Of a stretch of 64,000 bases of DNA, positions 48,240 through 58,207 are shown in pieces. This DNA is from an uncultured Collinsella sp. (lineage in GTDB: Bacteria > Actinomycetota > Coriobacteriia > Coriobacteriales > Coriobacteriaceae): positions 609 to 64,608 of the forward strand of contig CABUUG010000001.1 of the NCBI GenBank assembly GCA_902494605.1. The letters run 5' to 3'. Both the position numbers and the translations under genes were made by a program. The notes beneath the pieces are model-generated. The model did not search any database and had not been told where the DNA came from. It was given only the letters and a program-made list of their open reading frames with translations. The first letter of the stretch is position 1. Each line of letters opens with the position of its first letter.

Positions 48240-48331
48240 GGGTGCTCTGCGGCGGCCCGGTGTTTTCATCTGAACGACTTTGCGCAGCAACCGGAGTGAA
48301 GATGAAAACACCGGGACGCCGCAGAGCACCC
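48240..48331. repeat. Hairpin element with 32-bp arms (1 mismatch) and a conserved loop (family shared with 38188-38272)
   Basis: GGGTGCTCTGCGGCGGCCCGGTGTTTTCATCT / AGATGAAAACACCGGGACGCCGCAGAGCACCC. Confidence 0.85.
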
Positions 48332-48424
48332 ACAGACCGCAGGGACGGGAGCAGCTATACTACTCTCAGTAGTTAAGGGGCGCGGATCCGCCGCGTCGCC
48401 GTTCTCAACAGGAGGTCTTTGTTT

Positions 48425-48889
48425 ATGGCAGATCAAAAGCCGGTTGTCGGGATCATCATGGGTTCCAAGTCCGATCTGGGCGTTATGGAAGGTTGCACCG
48501 CCGAGCTCGAGGCGCTGGGCGTGCCCTATGAGCTTGTCATTGCGAGCGCACACCGCACACCGGCGAAGGTCCACGAGTGGGCTTCGACTGCCGCCGATCG
48601 CGGTATCAAAGTGATTATCGCCGCCGCCGGCAAGGCTGCTCACCTGGGCGGTGTCGTGGCTGCGTTTACGCCGCTGCCGGTCATCGGCGTGCCTATGAAG
48701 ACGAGCGATCTGGGTGGTATGGACTCGCTGCTGTCGATGGTGCAGATGCCTTCGGGCGTGCCCGTGGCCTGCGTTGCCATCAACGGCGCCAAGAACGCCG
48801 CCATCTACGCCACGCAGATTCTGGGCGCATGCGACCCCGAGTACCGCAAGGTTATCGAGAAGATGAAGCAGGAGATGGCCGACGCCTAG
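48425..48889 (+). CDS. purE: N5-CAIR mutase
   Basis: IIMGSKSD, SAHRTP, AAHLGG, VQMPSGVPVA. Confidence 0.96.
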   Translation: MADQKPVVGIIMGSKSDLGVMEGCTAELEALGVPYELVIASAHRTPAKVHEWASTAADRGIKVIIAAAGKAAHLGGVVAAFTPLPVIGVPMKTSDLGGMDSLLSMVQMPSGVPVACVAINGAKNAAIYATQILGACDPEYRKVIEKMKQEMADA

Positions 48890-48924
48890 ACGTTCCGCCG
48901 TTTCGCCGCAGTATAAGGAGAGCC

Positions 48925-49923
48925 ATGTCCGACTATCAGGGAAAACGATTCAAGGCTTCTCAGATTCCCGATCCGTCGAAGCCGGGTGCTGCCCATGCGG
49001 TACAGCAGGGTCGGACATCCTCTCCTCAGCAGCAGCGCGCGTCGCGTCCCGTGACACCGGCGACGCATCGTCGACATGACGCGCCGGCCGCATATCGTCC
49101 TTCGTCTTATAGCACCGCTAAGAAACCGCCCCGGTCTTCATCGCATGCCGTGCCGTCGGATTACACCGAGCCGCCGCGCAAAAAGCGCCGCTCCATTATT
49201 CCCATTCTGCTCATCATCATCGGCATCGGCCTGATTGTTGCCGCCGCTGCCATCTTTATCAATGCGCAGATCGGTTACAAGCAGGCGAGCGAGTCGTACC
49301 AAAAGATCGAAAAGCAATATGCGCCCGCTAAGGACGCCAGCGGCGTGCCGATTATCGATTTCAATGCTCTTGCCCAGACAAATCCCGAGGTCGTCGGTTG
49401 GATTTACGCACCGGGCACCAACATTAACTATCCCGTAGTGCAGGCTACTGATAATTCCAAGTACCTCAACACGTTGTTCGATGGCACGTCCAACGCATCG
49501 GGAGCCATCTTCTTGGATTACGAGGACACTGCGCCCGGCATGGTGGATCAGCAGACTACGATCTACGGACACCATATGAACGACGGGTCGATGTTCAACG
49601 TGATTTCGGACACTACTGATCAGGCGACGTTCGACAGCATTGAGTTTGTGTATTACATCACACGGGATGCTACGTATAAGCTGCGACCACTGGCGACCAA
49701 AGTTGTCGAGGACACGTATGCCAAGGCGCGCACGCGCAATTTTGAGGGCGACGACGGGCTCAAGAACTACCTGTCCGAGATGCTCGACGGTGCCTCTGCC
49801 GTGGCGAGCGATGCCACTGATCGTGCTGCTTCGGCAACCAAGGTCGTAACGCTTGTGACCTGTCGTTCGTTATCGCTGAGCAACACGCGTGCCGTCATGG
49901 TGCTCACGCCGGTCGAGGAATAA
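48925..49923 (+). CDS. srtB: Class B sortase
   Basis: TM anchor, NPEVVGWI, INYPVVQ, IYGHHM, TLVTC...R. Confidence 0.88.
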   Translation: MSDYQGKRFKASQIPDPSKPGAAHAVQQGRTSSPQQQRASRPVTPATHRRHDAPAAYRPSSYSTAKKPPRSSSHAVPSDYTEPPRKKRRSIIPILLIIIGIGLIVAAAAIFINAQIGYKQASESYQKIEKQYAPAKDASGVPIIDFNALAQTNPEVVGWIYAPGTNINYPVVQATDNSKYLNTLFDGTSNASGAIFLDYEDTAPGMVDQQTTIYGHHMNDGSMFNVISDTTDQATFDSIEFVYYITRDATYKLRPLATKVVEDTYAKARTRNFEGDDGLKNYLSEMLDGASAVASDATDRAASATKVVTLVTCRSLSLSNTRAVMVLTPVEE

Positions 49924-49987
49924 GTTGTTCGAGAGTAGCTAAAAAAGCCCCGTTCCAAATTGGCTACTCGACGACGGTAAGGGAGAA

Positions 49988-50407
49988 ATGATGCTCGAGA
50001 ATGGCAAAACGATGCCTTCGATTGATGCTTGGCTGCGCGAGGCCAAGGCCGATTCGTCGGCACCTGCGTGCGGTATGTATCTGACACATAACGGTGTGGT
50101 GCGCGCGACGCCCAAGGCCGAGGCGCGCGGTGTCGAGACCGATGGCGTGGCGCCGGGCCACAAGGTGGGCAGCATGGTGTTCGGCTACGACGCCAGCAAG
50201 GTACAGGCCGCCATCGAGGCGACGCGCGCGATGCCGGGTATCGGCTATGTGCGCGTGTGGCTGGCAAGCGGCGAGCTTGCCGTAGGTGACGACATCATGC
50301 TCGTGCTCATCGGCGGGGACATTCGCCCGCACGTGGTCGATGCGCTGCAGGCGCTCGTTGGCACCATCAAGAATGAATGCGTGAGTGAGGTCGAGCGCGA
50401 GGCGTAG
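49988..50407 (+). CDS. moaE: Molybdopterin synthase catalytic subunit MoaE-like protein
   Basis: HNGVVR, G.LAVGDDIM.V, R-containing C-terminal pattern; somewhat divergent. Confidence 0.75.
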   Translation: MMLENGKTMPSIDAWLREAKADSSAPACGMYLTHNGVVRATPKAEARGVETDGVAPGHKVGSMVFGYDASKVQAAIEATRAMPGIGYVRVWLASGELAVGDDIMLVLIGGDIRPHVVDALQALVGTIKNECVSEVEREA

Positions 50408-50437
50408 AGGCTTGCGTCGATAGAAGGCTCGTTTATA

Positions 50438-50476
50438 AAAATGCCCGCCGGTACGTGTGATACCGGCGGGCATTTT
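50438..50476. terminator. Bidirectional terminator
   Basis: AAAATGCCCGCCGGTA...TACCGGCGGGCATTTT between convergent genes. Confidence 0.8.
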
Positions 50477-50497
50477 GCGTTTTGGGCGCGGTGGGCG

Positions 50498-51727
50498 CTA
50501 CACGCGCGTCGCATCCTTGGGGCTCATGGTCATGCTCTGGAAGCGGTTTTCCATAAAGTCATTATCGAAGTACTTGCCGTAGAACTGCGCAACGGGAATA
50601 TCCGGTTCCGTGCCGTTGACGCGCTGATACCAATAATCGAGCGACTGCAGCGTCATAACGCCATCGACCAGCATAATGATGGTGAAGATGACGGTAGCCG
50701 AGTAGCGGCTCTTCCACGGAATCATGTTGATGAGCTTGAGCAGCCTCGGCAGCAGCAGCTTGATCCAGATGAGGCCACCCAGGCCCCACAGACAGGCGAA
50801 GCCCGTGCAGGTGCGTCCGCCCGTGAGGACCACGAGCGGGTCGGGCATACCGAACAGCGTTATGTGCGAGTAGCTCCACGAGACCACGCCAAACGCGGTC
50901 TGCATAAACCAGCCCACGAACACCTCAAAGCTGGCGCCGAGCAGGGCGCTCACCAGGAAAATGATGATGGGGTTCTTTTTATAGAAGCGGTTGAGCACCA
51001 TGGTCATGAGCACGGCACCAAAGCCGTAGATGGGGCTGAAGGGGCCAAACAGCATACCGGCGCGGTCCTGGTAGACACCCGGATCGTTGACGGTCATATG
51101 CCAGATATCCTCCAGGACCAGGCCGAGCACGCAGCAGACAAAGAATACCCAGAACAGGTTGAAGTAGTTGAGCTTGATGTAGCCCTCGCCGGTTTCATCG
51201 CGCCCGAGCATGCCCTCGGCGGCGGCGTCGCGGTCGAGCATCTCCTGCAGGCGGCGCTGCAGCTCGCGCTCCTGGCGCAGTGTGGGGTCGACGGTGGCCG
51301 AAAGCGCGACGAGGATGCCGAGCTGGATGGCAGGGCGCAGCAAGAAGGGCCCGATGCCCTGGAGCATCACGTCAACCAAAAGCTCGACGACGGTAAACGC
51401 GATAAGGATATAGGACAGACGGGCGGCATTGCGGCGCTGGTTCTTGATGAGGTCCAGGCCAAAGATGATCAAGATGACGGCACTGGCAGCCGAGAGCATG
51501 ATGCCGGCGACAATCAGTCCGACCGCGACGAGCGTGTTGTCGCCGAGCTTGGCGGCGGCGTTGCCGTTGATGAGTGCGGTGATGACCTGCCACATAAAGG
51601 CGCCGACCGACGGGAGCGTGCCCACGCCGGACAGGATGCACAGGACGGCGTATACCTTAATGATGAGGGGGATCTTCTTGACCTCCGTGGCGCTGGGGAC
51701 GCTGGGGTCGAGTTCGTTTCGATCCAT
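50498..51727 (-). CDS. Putative ABC-transporter permease-like membrane protein (CmpB/TMEM229 family)
   Basis: G.LFGPFSPIYGFGA, WSYS, GRTC..WG motifs; extra N-terminal TM domain. Confidence 0.8.
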   Translation of the reverse strand: MDRNELDPSVPSATEVKKIPLIIKVYAVLCILSGVGTLPSVGAFMWQVITALINGNAAAKLGDNTLVAVGLIVAGIMLSAASAVILIIFGLDLIKNQRRNAARLSYILIAFTVVELLVDVMLQGIGPFLLRPAIQLGILVALSATVDPTLRQERELQRRLQEMLDRDAAAEGMLGRDETGEGYIKLNYFNLFWVFFVCCVLGLVLEDIWHMTVNDPGVYQDRAGMLFGPFSPIYGFGAVLMTMVLNRFYKKNPIIIFLVSALLGASFEVFVGWFMQTAFGVVSWSYSHITLFGMPDPLVVLTGGRTCTGFACLWGLGGLIWIKLLLPRLLKLINMIPWKSRYSATVIFTIIMLVDGVMTLQSLDYWYQRVNGTEPDIPVAQFYGKYFDNDFMENRFQSMTMSPKDATRV

Positions 51728-52021
51728 ACATAACCTTTCTCGTTTTGCTGTAGGTACAAGGATACGCCGCCGACCTGCCAAAAGACAGGACGAACGTCCC
51801 AATTGCAACAATGTAAGTCCTAACGGCGGGCGAGACACGTCGCAACGGAAGTATGCGGGATCGTCGGCCCCGAGGCGGTTGCCCAATAAAATGTTTGGCT
51901 GCAAAACGGATTATAAGCTCGGTGGGCTTTTAAAAAGCGCTGTTCATGCGCGGGAGTGCTTGTCTTGCCGTGCGTATAATAGGGCAGGTAACGCCAAATA
52001 ACGAGGCTCTGAGGGGATGCC

Positions 52022-53692
52022 ATGTCTCAAGAAACCATCCGCGCGGCCGAGCGTGCCGCGGGACAGGTGAACACCATGTCGACGTATGATCCGGACTCCG
52101 ACCAGCTGCATGAGGAATGTGGCATTTTCGGCGTATGGGCGCCCGATCGCGACGTGGCTCGACTGACGTACTTTGGCCTGCGTGCACTGCAGCACCGTGG
52201 CCAAGAATCGGCGGGAATCGCTGTTGGTGACGGCGGTACGGTTATGGTCCGCAAGGATCTGGGCCTGCTCGACCGCGTGTTCTCCAATGCCGACCTGTCG
52301 ACGCTCTCCGGTCAGCTGGCCGTGGGCCATGTGCGCTATGGCACCGCCGGCGCCAAGAGCTGGGAAGCCTCTCAGCCGCACCTCTCTACCATCAATAGCG
52401 TCATTATCGCGCTTGCTCACAACGGCACTCTGGTCAACACCGACGAGCTGCGCCGCCAGCTGATCGAGCTGGGTGTGCCGTTCCTCTCCAATTCGGATTC
52501 CGAGGTCGCGACCAAGCTTATCGGCTACTTTACCCAGCGTACGGGCCACCTGCGCGAGGGCATTCGTAAGACCATGGAGCTTGTGCGCGGCGGCTACGCC
52601 ATGACGCTCATTAACGAGCAAGCGCTCTACGCATTCCGCGATCCGCACGGCATTCGCCCGCTCGTGCTGGGCAAGCTGGTGGACGAGGGTCTGGACCAGG
52701 CCGATGCCGCATCCGTTTCGCAGCTGCCGTCGCAGGACGGCGCCGCGACGGTCGACGCCACCACCCATGTCACCCGCGCCGGCGGCTGGGTCGTTGCCTC
52801 CGAGACCTGCGCACTCGACATCGTGGGTGCCGAGTACGTCCGTGACGTCCGTCCCGGCGAGATCTTGCGCATCAGCGCCGAGGGTCTGGTATCCGAGCAG
52901 GGCGTGCCTGCAGCCGAAGAGCCCGCCAACTGCATCTTTGAGCAGGTCTACTTTGCCCGCCCCGACTCCATCATGAACGGCAAGAGCGTCTATGCCTGCC
53001 GTTACGACATGGGTCGTCAGCTGGCACACGAGGAGCCCGTCGAGGCCGACCTGGTCATCGGCGTGCCCGACTCCGGCCTGCCGCCCGCGGAGGGGTATTC
53101 GCACGAGAGCGGTATTCCCTTTGGCGAGGGCCTCATCAAGAACCGCTACGTGGGCCGTACGTTTATCGAGCCCACGCAGGAGCTGCGCGCCATGGGCGTG
53201 CGCATGAAACTCAACCCGCTGCGCGACAACATCGAGGGCAAGCGCCTGGTCGTCATCGACGACTCCATCGTGCGCGGCACCACCATGGTGCAGCTCGTCA
53301 AGATGCTGCGCAATGCCGGCGCCAAGGAGATTCATATCCGCATCAACTCGCCCGAGGTCATCTGGCCGTGTTTCTACGGTATCGATACCGACGTGCAGTC
53401 GCAGCTTATCAGCGCCAACAAGACGGTCGACGAGATTTGCGAGTATATCGGCGCCGATTCGCTGGCCTTCCTTTCGGTCGAGGGCCTGCTGAAGGTCATG
53501 CCCAAGGGCGGCTACTGCGATGCGTGCTTTACCGGCCGCTACCCCGTGGCGATTCCCGAGAGCTTTGGCCGCGACAAGTTCATGGAGGGCTTTAAGCCCC
53601 GCAACCTGGATAAGCCGCTGCACTTTGATGACGACGCCGTGGTCGAGAAATACGACGACCGCAGCTGGGAAGAGAAGCACGGTGAGGCCTAA
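52022..53692 (+). CDS. purF: Amidophosphoribosyltransferase
   Basis: EECG, QHRGQES, HNG, VIDDSIVRGTT, C-terminal Fe-S cysteines. Confidence 0.96.
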   Translation: MSQETIRAAERAAGQVNTMSTYDPDSDQLHEECGIFGVWAPDRDVARLTYFGLRALQHRGQESAGIAVGDGGTVMVRKDLGLLDRVFSNADLSTLSGQLAVGHVRYGTAGAKSWEASQPHLSTINSVIIALAHNGTLVNTDELRRQLIELGVPFLSNSDSEVATKLIGYFTQRTGHLREGIRKTMELVRGGYAMTLINEQALYAFRDPHGIRPLVLGKLVDEGLDQADAASVSQLPSQDGAATVDATTHVTRAGGWVVASETCALDIVGAEYVRDVRPGEILRISAEGLVSEQGVPAAEEPANCIFEQVYFARPDSIMNGKSVYACRYDMGRQLAHEEPVEADLVIGVPDSGLPPAEGYSHESGIPFGEGLIKNRYVGRTFIEPTQELRAMGVRMKLNPLRDNIEGKRLVVIDDSIVRGTTMVQLVKMLRNAGAKEIHIRINSPEVIWPCFYGIDTDVQSQLISANKTVDEICEYIGADSLAFLSVEGLLKVMPKGGYCDACFTGRYPVAIPESFGRDKFMEGFKPRNLDKPLHFDDDAVVEKYDDRSWEEKHGEA

Positions 53693-53848
53693 AACCTGCC
53701 ATGTGGGGACAGGTTTATTTTGGTAGGTTTTACCTGCTGTTTTGTTGATATGACGGCGCGTGCTGTTATGGCGCGCGCCGAAATGAACGCAACTATGAGC
53801 ACCGTTTGGCGTCCGGGCGGCGGACGGTAGTGGGAGAGGAAGGCTCAG

Positions 53849-54952
53849 ATGAGCGACAGCAAACATGTGACGTATGAGGACGCCGGCGTCGATACCGCCG
53901 AGGGCGGCCGCGCCGTCGACGCGATTAAGCAGATGGTCAAGGACACTAACCGCCCCGAGGTTATCGGCGGCATCGGTGGCTTTGGTGGCCTGTTCTCGGC
54001 CGCCGCACTTAAGGATATGGAAGACCCGATCCTGATCAGCGGCACCGACGGCGTGGGCACCAAGCTCGTGCTCGCCCAGATTATGGACCGTCACGAGACG
54101 GTGGGCCAGGACCTAGTTGCTATGTGCGTCAACGACATTCTGGCTTCGGGCGCCGAGCCGCTGTTCTTCCTGGACTATGTTGCCATCGGCCACATTGAGG
54201 CCGAGCACATGGCAAAGATCATCAAGGGCGTGGCCGATGGCTGCAAGCTCGCGGGCTGCGCGCTCGTGGGCGGTGAGATGGCCGAGCACCCCGGCGTCAT
54301 GGCTCCGGCCGACTACGACCTTGCCGGCTTTACCGTGGGCGTCGTCGACCGTCCCAAGATGCTCGACCCCGCAAACGTCCGCCCCGGCGACGTGATCCTG
54401 GGCCTGCCTTCCACCGGCGTGCACTCCAACGGTTACTCGCTCGTGCGCAAGGTCATTGGCGTCGACGGCATTAAGCCGGGCACGCCCGAGGCCGCCGCTA
54501 AGGCCGAGGAGCTGAGCCGTCCGCTCGAGGAGCTCGGTGGCGCATCGCTGGCAGACGCCCTGTTGGCCCCCACGCGCATCTATGTCAAGCCGATTCTTGA
54601 GTTGCTCCGCGGCGGCGCCAACGTGCACGCCATCGCCCACATCACTGGCGGCGGTATTACCGAGAACCTCAACCGCGCGCTCGCCGACGACGTCGACGCC
54701 GTGGTCACCCGCAACGGTGCCGAGATGGGCTGGGACGTTCCGCCCGTCATCACCTACGTGTCGCGCCAGGCCGAGCTCGCGCCCAATGAGGCATGCAAGA
54801 CTTTCAACATGGGCGTTGGCCTGTGCCTGATCGTCGCCCCCGAGGACGAGGTCGCGGTTACCGAGGCCCTGATCGCGCTGGGCGAGAAGCCGTTCCGCGT
54901 GGGCGAGTGCGTCGAGGGTTCCGGTAAGGTCGTGTACTCCGATGAGCGCTAA
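53849..54952 (+). CDS. purM: AIR synthase
   Basis: GTDGVGTK, VAMCVND, HSNGYSL, HITGGG, TFNMG. Confidence 0.96.
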   Translation: MSDSKHVTYEDAGVDTAEGGRAVDAIKQMVKDTNRPEVIGGIGGFGGLFSAAALKDMEDPILISGTDGVGTKLVLAQIMDRHETVGQDLVAMCVNDILASGAEPLFFLDYVAIGHIEAEHMAKIIKGVADGCKLAGCALVGGEMAEHPGVMAPADYDLAGFTVGVVDRPKMLDPANVRPGDVILGLPSTGVHSNGYSLVRKVIGVDGIKPGTPEAAAKAEELSRPLEELGGASLADALLAPTRIYVKPILELLRGGANVHAIAHITGGGITENLNRALADDVDAVVTRNGAEMGWDVPPVITYVSRQAELAPNEACKTFNMGVGLCLIVAPEDEVAVTEALIALGEKPFRVGECVEGSGKVVYSDER

Positions 54953-55643
54953 CGAGCAGATGGCTGCTGCCGAGGGCCTGGGCTTTGTGCCCTACACCCG
55001 TCCGACCGGCACCGATACGGCCGAGCCGCTCAAGATCGGTGTGCTCATCAGCGGTTCGGGTACTAACCTGCAGGCGCTGATCGATCTGATCGCTGCCGGC
55101 AAGCTCAACGCTTCGATTGAGCTTGTGGTGTCGAGCCGTCCTTCGGCTAAGGGTTTGCAGCGCGCTGAGCGCGCGGGCATCCAGACGCTCACGCTGTCCA
55201 AGGATGTCTATGCCGACCCTATTGCCGCCGACGAGATCATCGCGCACGAGCTTCTCGAGCGCGGCTGCGAGTATGTGGTCATGGCCGGCTACATGCGCAT
55301 GGTGCACACGCCTCTACTGGCGGCGTTTCCCAACCGCGTGGTCAACTTGCATCCGGCACTGCTGCCGAGCTTTACCGGTGCGCATGCGATTGACGATGCC
55401 TTTGCGCGCGGTGTCAAGGTGACCGGCGTGACCGTGCACTTTGCCAACGAGATCTACGACAACGGCCCCATCATCGCCCAGCGCGCGCTGGCTGTCGAGG
55501 AAGGTTGGGATGTCGACACGCTCGAGGAGCACATCCACGCGATTGAGCACGTGCTGTATCCCGAGGTCGTGCAAATGCTCGCCGACGGCCGCGTCCACGT
55601 GCTGGAGAGCGGCAAGGTCGCAATTGACGCGCCTCGCGGCTAG
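54942..55643 (+). CDS. purN: GAR transformylase
   Basis: SGSGTNLQA, AGYMR, NLHPALLP, GVTVHF. Confidence 0.96.
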   Translation: MSANEQMAAAEGLGFVPYTRPTGTDTAEPLKIGVLISGSGTNLQALIDLIAAGKLNASIELVVSSRPSAKGLQRAERAGIQTLTLSKDVYADPIAADEIIAHELLERGCEYVVMAGYMRMVHTPLLAAFPNRVVNLHPALLPSFTGAHAIDDAFARGVKVTGVTVHFANEIYDNGPIIAQRALAVEEGWDVDTLEEHIHAIEHVLYPEVVQMLADGRVHVLESGKVAIDAPRG

Positions 55644-55795
55644 CGGCGCACAGTACAATTTAGCCGAGTAGTCAGGGTGGTCATTGGCGCCAAGGCGCGC
55701 GTGGCCACCTTTTGTTTTGGGTAGTCACCTGCGACGTTCTTTAACGACTAGTCATTTAAGAACGTCCCCGATGGCTAGGTGAGAGAGGTGAGCGC

Positions 55796-56260
55796 ATGGC
55801 GGATAACGAAGCGCTGTTTACGCCTGAGCTGGTGTTTTTTGATTGGGAGTGTGCGACGCCGGATGAGGTGTTTGCGCGGCTCGAGGGCAAGCTTGCACCA
55901 CGTGGCTACATTGCCGACGGTTGGCTCGACGCCGTTCTCACGCGCGAGGATGCCTATCCCACGGGCCTTGCCATGCCGGCGGCAAACATTGCCATTCCGC
56001 ATACCGATCCGGGGTTTGTGACCAAGCCCTATATCGCGGTGGTGAAGCCCACCGCGCCCGTGACATTTAACGCTATGGCTGGCATGGGCGCTCCGGTGCC
56101 GGCGCAGATCGTCATTAATCTGGGCATCGCCGAGCCGGGCGGCCAGGTCGAGGCCCTGCAGGCGCTCATGAACATCTTTATGGACGCCGATGCCGCAGCC
56201 GACGTGCTCGGCCAGACCACGCCCCAGGGTATGGTCGACGCCATCCGCCGCCACTTCTAA
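55796..56260 (+). CDS. Stand-alone PTS EIIA domain protein (EIIA-2 family)
   Basis: REDAYPTGL, IAIPHT. Confidence 0.88.
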   Translation: MADNEALFTPELVFFDWECATPDEVFARLEGKLAPRGYIADGWLDAVLTREDAYPTGLAMPAANIAIPHTDPGFVTKPYIAVVKPTAPVTFNAMAGMGAPVPAQIVINLGIAEPGGQVEALQALMNIFMDADAAADVLGQTTPQGMVDAIRRHF

Positions 56261-56273
56261 GGTGGGGCTGAGT

Positions 56274-56415
56274 CGGCACTTGGGGACGTTCCTTTTCTGC
56301 CGGCACTTGGGGACTGTCCCTAACTGCCGGCAGAAAAGGAACGTCCCTAACTGCCGGCTGCCAGAGCTGTCCCCTTTGCACCAAAATGGTGCAGATTAAT
56401 CTGTCCCCAATGCAC
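56274..56415. repeat. Cluster of GGGGAC-tagged REP-like units (27-bp period)
   Basis: Units start at 56274, 56301 and 56328, plus two CTGTCCCC units. Confidence 0.8.
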
Positions 56416-56484
56416 CAAGCGTGCCGCGGGGGCTGCGTTGTGACACAATGGCGTTTGTTCGATTCGTTATGCGAAAGGCCAACT

Positions 56485-57705
56485 ATGGCAAATAAGAAAA
56501 AGAACTCCGAGGCCGCGCCGACGCCCGAGCAGCAGGCCCGCGCTGCCTCCAGCTCTCGCAAGAAGCAGCGCAAGACGTACGTGTCTAAGACCGTCAAGAT
56601 CGTCTTGGTGGTCATCGGCGTGCTGGCGATGCTGCTTTCCGTCTCGGCGATGGCGTGCTCCGGCCTTATGTCGCAGGCCGAGGACACCTCGGGCTACAAG
56701 CTGACCGGCGGTGTTGCTGCCACTATCAACGGCACCAACCTTACCGAGGACACCGTGACCAAGCAGATCATGAGCATGCGCACGTCCTACGGCTACACCA
56801 AGGATGAGGATTGGGCGCAGTATCTGGTTGACAACGACCTCACGCCCAAGAAGTACCGCAAGCAACTCATCGACTCCTACACGCAGCAGATTCTGCTTCA
56901 ACAGGCACAGAAGGAGAACGGCGTGACGGTGTCTGACGAGGAGGTCGAGAAGGCTTGGAAGGACGCGTGCAAGAGCGCGGGCGGCGCCAAGGCCTTTAAG
57001 AAGACCCTCAAGACCTACGGCTATACCGAGGACACCTACAAGGACTCACTCAAGGAGAGTCTGGCGCAGCAGAAACTCAAGGATGCCGTCGCGCCCACGA
57101 GCAAGCCCAAGGACAGCGAGATTGTCGATTACATCAACGAAAACCTGTCCAGCTACAACGACGCCCGCCGCTCGTCGAACATCCTGATCAAGGTTGATTC
57201 TGACGCTTCCGACGAGGACAAGGCTGCCGCCAAGGCCAAGGCGCAGGAGTGCCTGGACAAGATCAACTCCGGTGAGCTGAGCTTTGAGGACGCCGTTGAG
57301 CAGTACTCCGAGGACACCGGTTCCAAGGAGAAGAAGGGCGATGTGGGCTGGGATAAGCTCACCACTTTCGTCGACAGCTACCAGACGGCGCTCGAGGGAC
57401 TCAACAAGGGCGACGTGAGCGAAGTCGTCGAGTCGACCTATGGCTACCACATCATCAAGTGCACCGACTACTTCCATGTCGATAATCAGGTTGATGACAT
57501 CAACCAGGTGCCCAAGGACATCAAAAAGTACGTCTCCAACGTGGTGAAGACGCAAGCGGCCAGCACCGCGTACAGCGAGTGGCTGGAGCAGTACAAGAAG
57601 GATGCCGACATCACCGTCAACCCCATGCCCAAGGACGTACCCTATAACGTGAGTCTGAAGGGCGTCACCAAGAGTTCGACCGACGATTCGTCGAAGACTG
57701 AGTAA
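56485..57705 (+). CDS. PrsA/SurA-like foldase (parvulin PPIase), probable lipoprotein
   Basis: AMAC lipobox-like motif; SFEDAVEQYSED.GS..KGDVG; STYGYHIIK. Confidence 0.88.
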   Translation: MANKKKNSEAAPTPEQQARAASSSRKKQRKTYVSKTVKIVLVVIGVLAMLLSVSAMACSGLMSQAEDTSGYKLTGGVAATINGTNLTEDTVTKQIMSMRTSYGYTKDEDWAQYLVDNDLTPKKYRKQLIDSYTQQILLQQAQKENGVTVSDEEVEKAWKDACKSAGGAKAFKKTLKTYGYTEDTYKDSLKESLAQQKLKDAVAPTSKPKDSEIVDYINENLSSYNDARRSSNILIKVDSDASDEDKAAAKAKAQECLDKINSGELSFEDAVEQYSEDTGSKEKKGDVGWDKLTTFVDSYQTALEGLNKGDVSEVVESTYGYHIIKCTDYFHVDNQVDDINQVPKDIKKYVSNVVKTQAASTAYSEWLEQYKKDADITVNPMPKDVPYNVSLKGVTKSSTDDSSKTE

Positions 57706-57759
57706 CCATGGGGCGGTGCTCGCGTGAGTGCCGCCCACGCTATTAGAGAGGATTTGCAG

Positions 57760-58203
57760 ATGACCAACGAAGAGCTGCAGAAAGAAATGATCGCGGCCAT
57801 GAAGGCCAAGGACAAGGTTCGCCTGTCCATCATTCGCCAGGTCAAGGCCGAGGTGAAGAATATCGAGGTTAACGAGCGCCGCGATGTGACCGAGGAAGAC
57901 GTCAACAGCATGATCAAGCGTCTGATCAAGCAGACGAGCGAGACGCTGGAGATGTCCATCAAGGCCGGCACCGACCAGGAGCGTACCGACAACCTGACCG
58001 AGCAGGTCAAGATTCTGGAGAGCCTGCTGCCCGCGCAGGTTTCGGGTGAGGAGCTCGAGGCCCTGATCGAGCAGGTTATCGCCGAGCTGGGTGCCACGTC
58101 TAAGAAGCAGATGGGCCAGGTTATGGGTGCACTCGGCAAGGCCACCGGCGGCAACTTCGACAAGCCGGCCGCGGCAAAGATCGTCGGAGCCAAACTCGCG
58201 TAA
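57760..58203 (+). CDS. GatB/YqeY domain protein
   Basis: AMKAKDK.RL, KQMGQVMG. Confidence 0.9.
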   Translation: MTNEELQKEMIAAMKAKDKVRLSIIRQVKAEVKNIEVNERRDVTEEDVNSMIKRLIKQTSETLEMSIKAGTDQERTDNLTEQVKILESLLPAQVSGEELEALIEQVIAELGATSKKQMGQVMGALGKATGGNFDKPAAAKIVGAKLA

Positions 58204-58207
58204 TTTG

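Noticed and set aside
38176..48420. Prophage, ICE or transposon
   Set aside because: No integrase, transposase, relaxase or phage gene, and no direct terminal repeats seen; kept only as an accessory block
55660..55715. ZMP/ZTP or purine riboswitch near the pur genes
   Set aside because: Only a terminator-like hairpin after purN; I could not find the aptamer consensus here or upstream of purE, purF or purD
56274..56415. CRISPR array
   Set aside because: Units are mixed direct and inverted copies without unique spacers, which is REP-like
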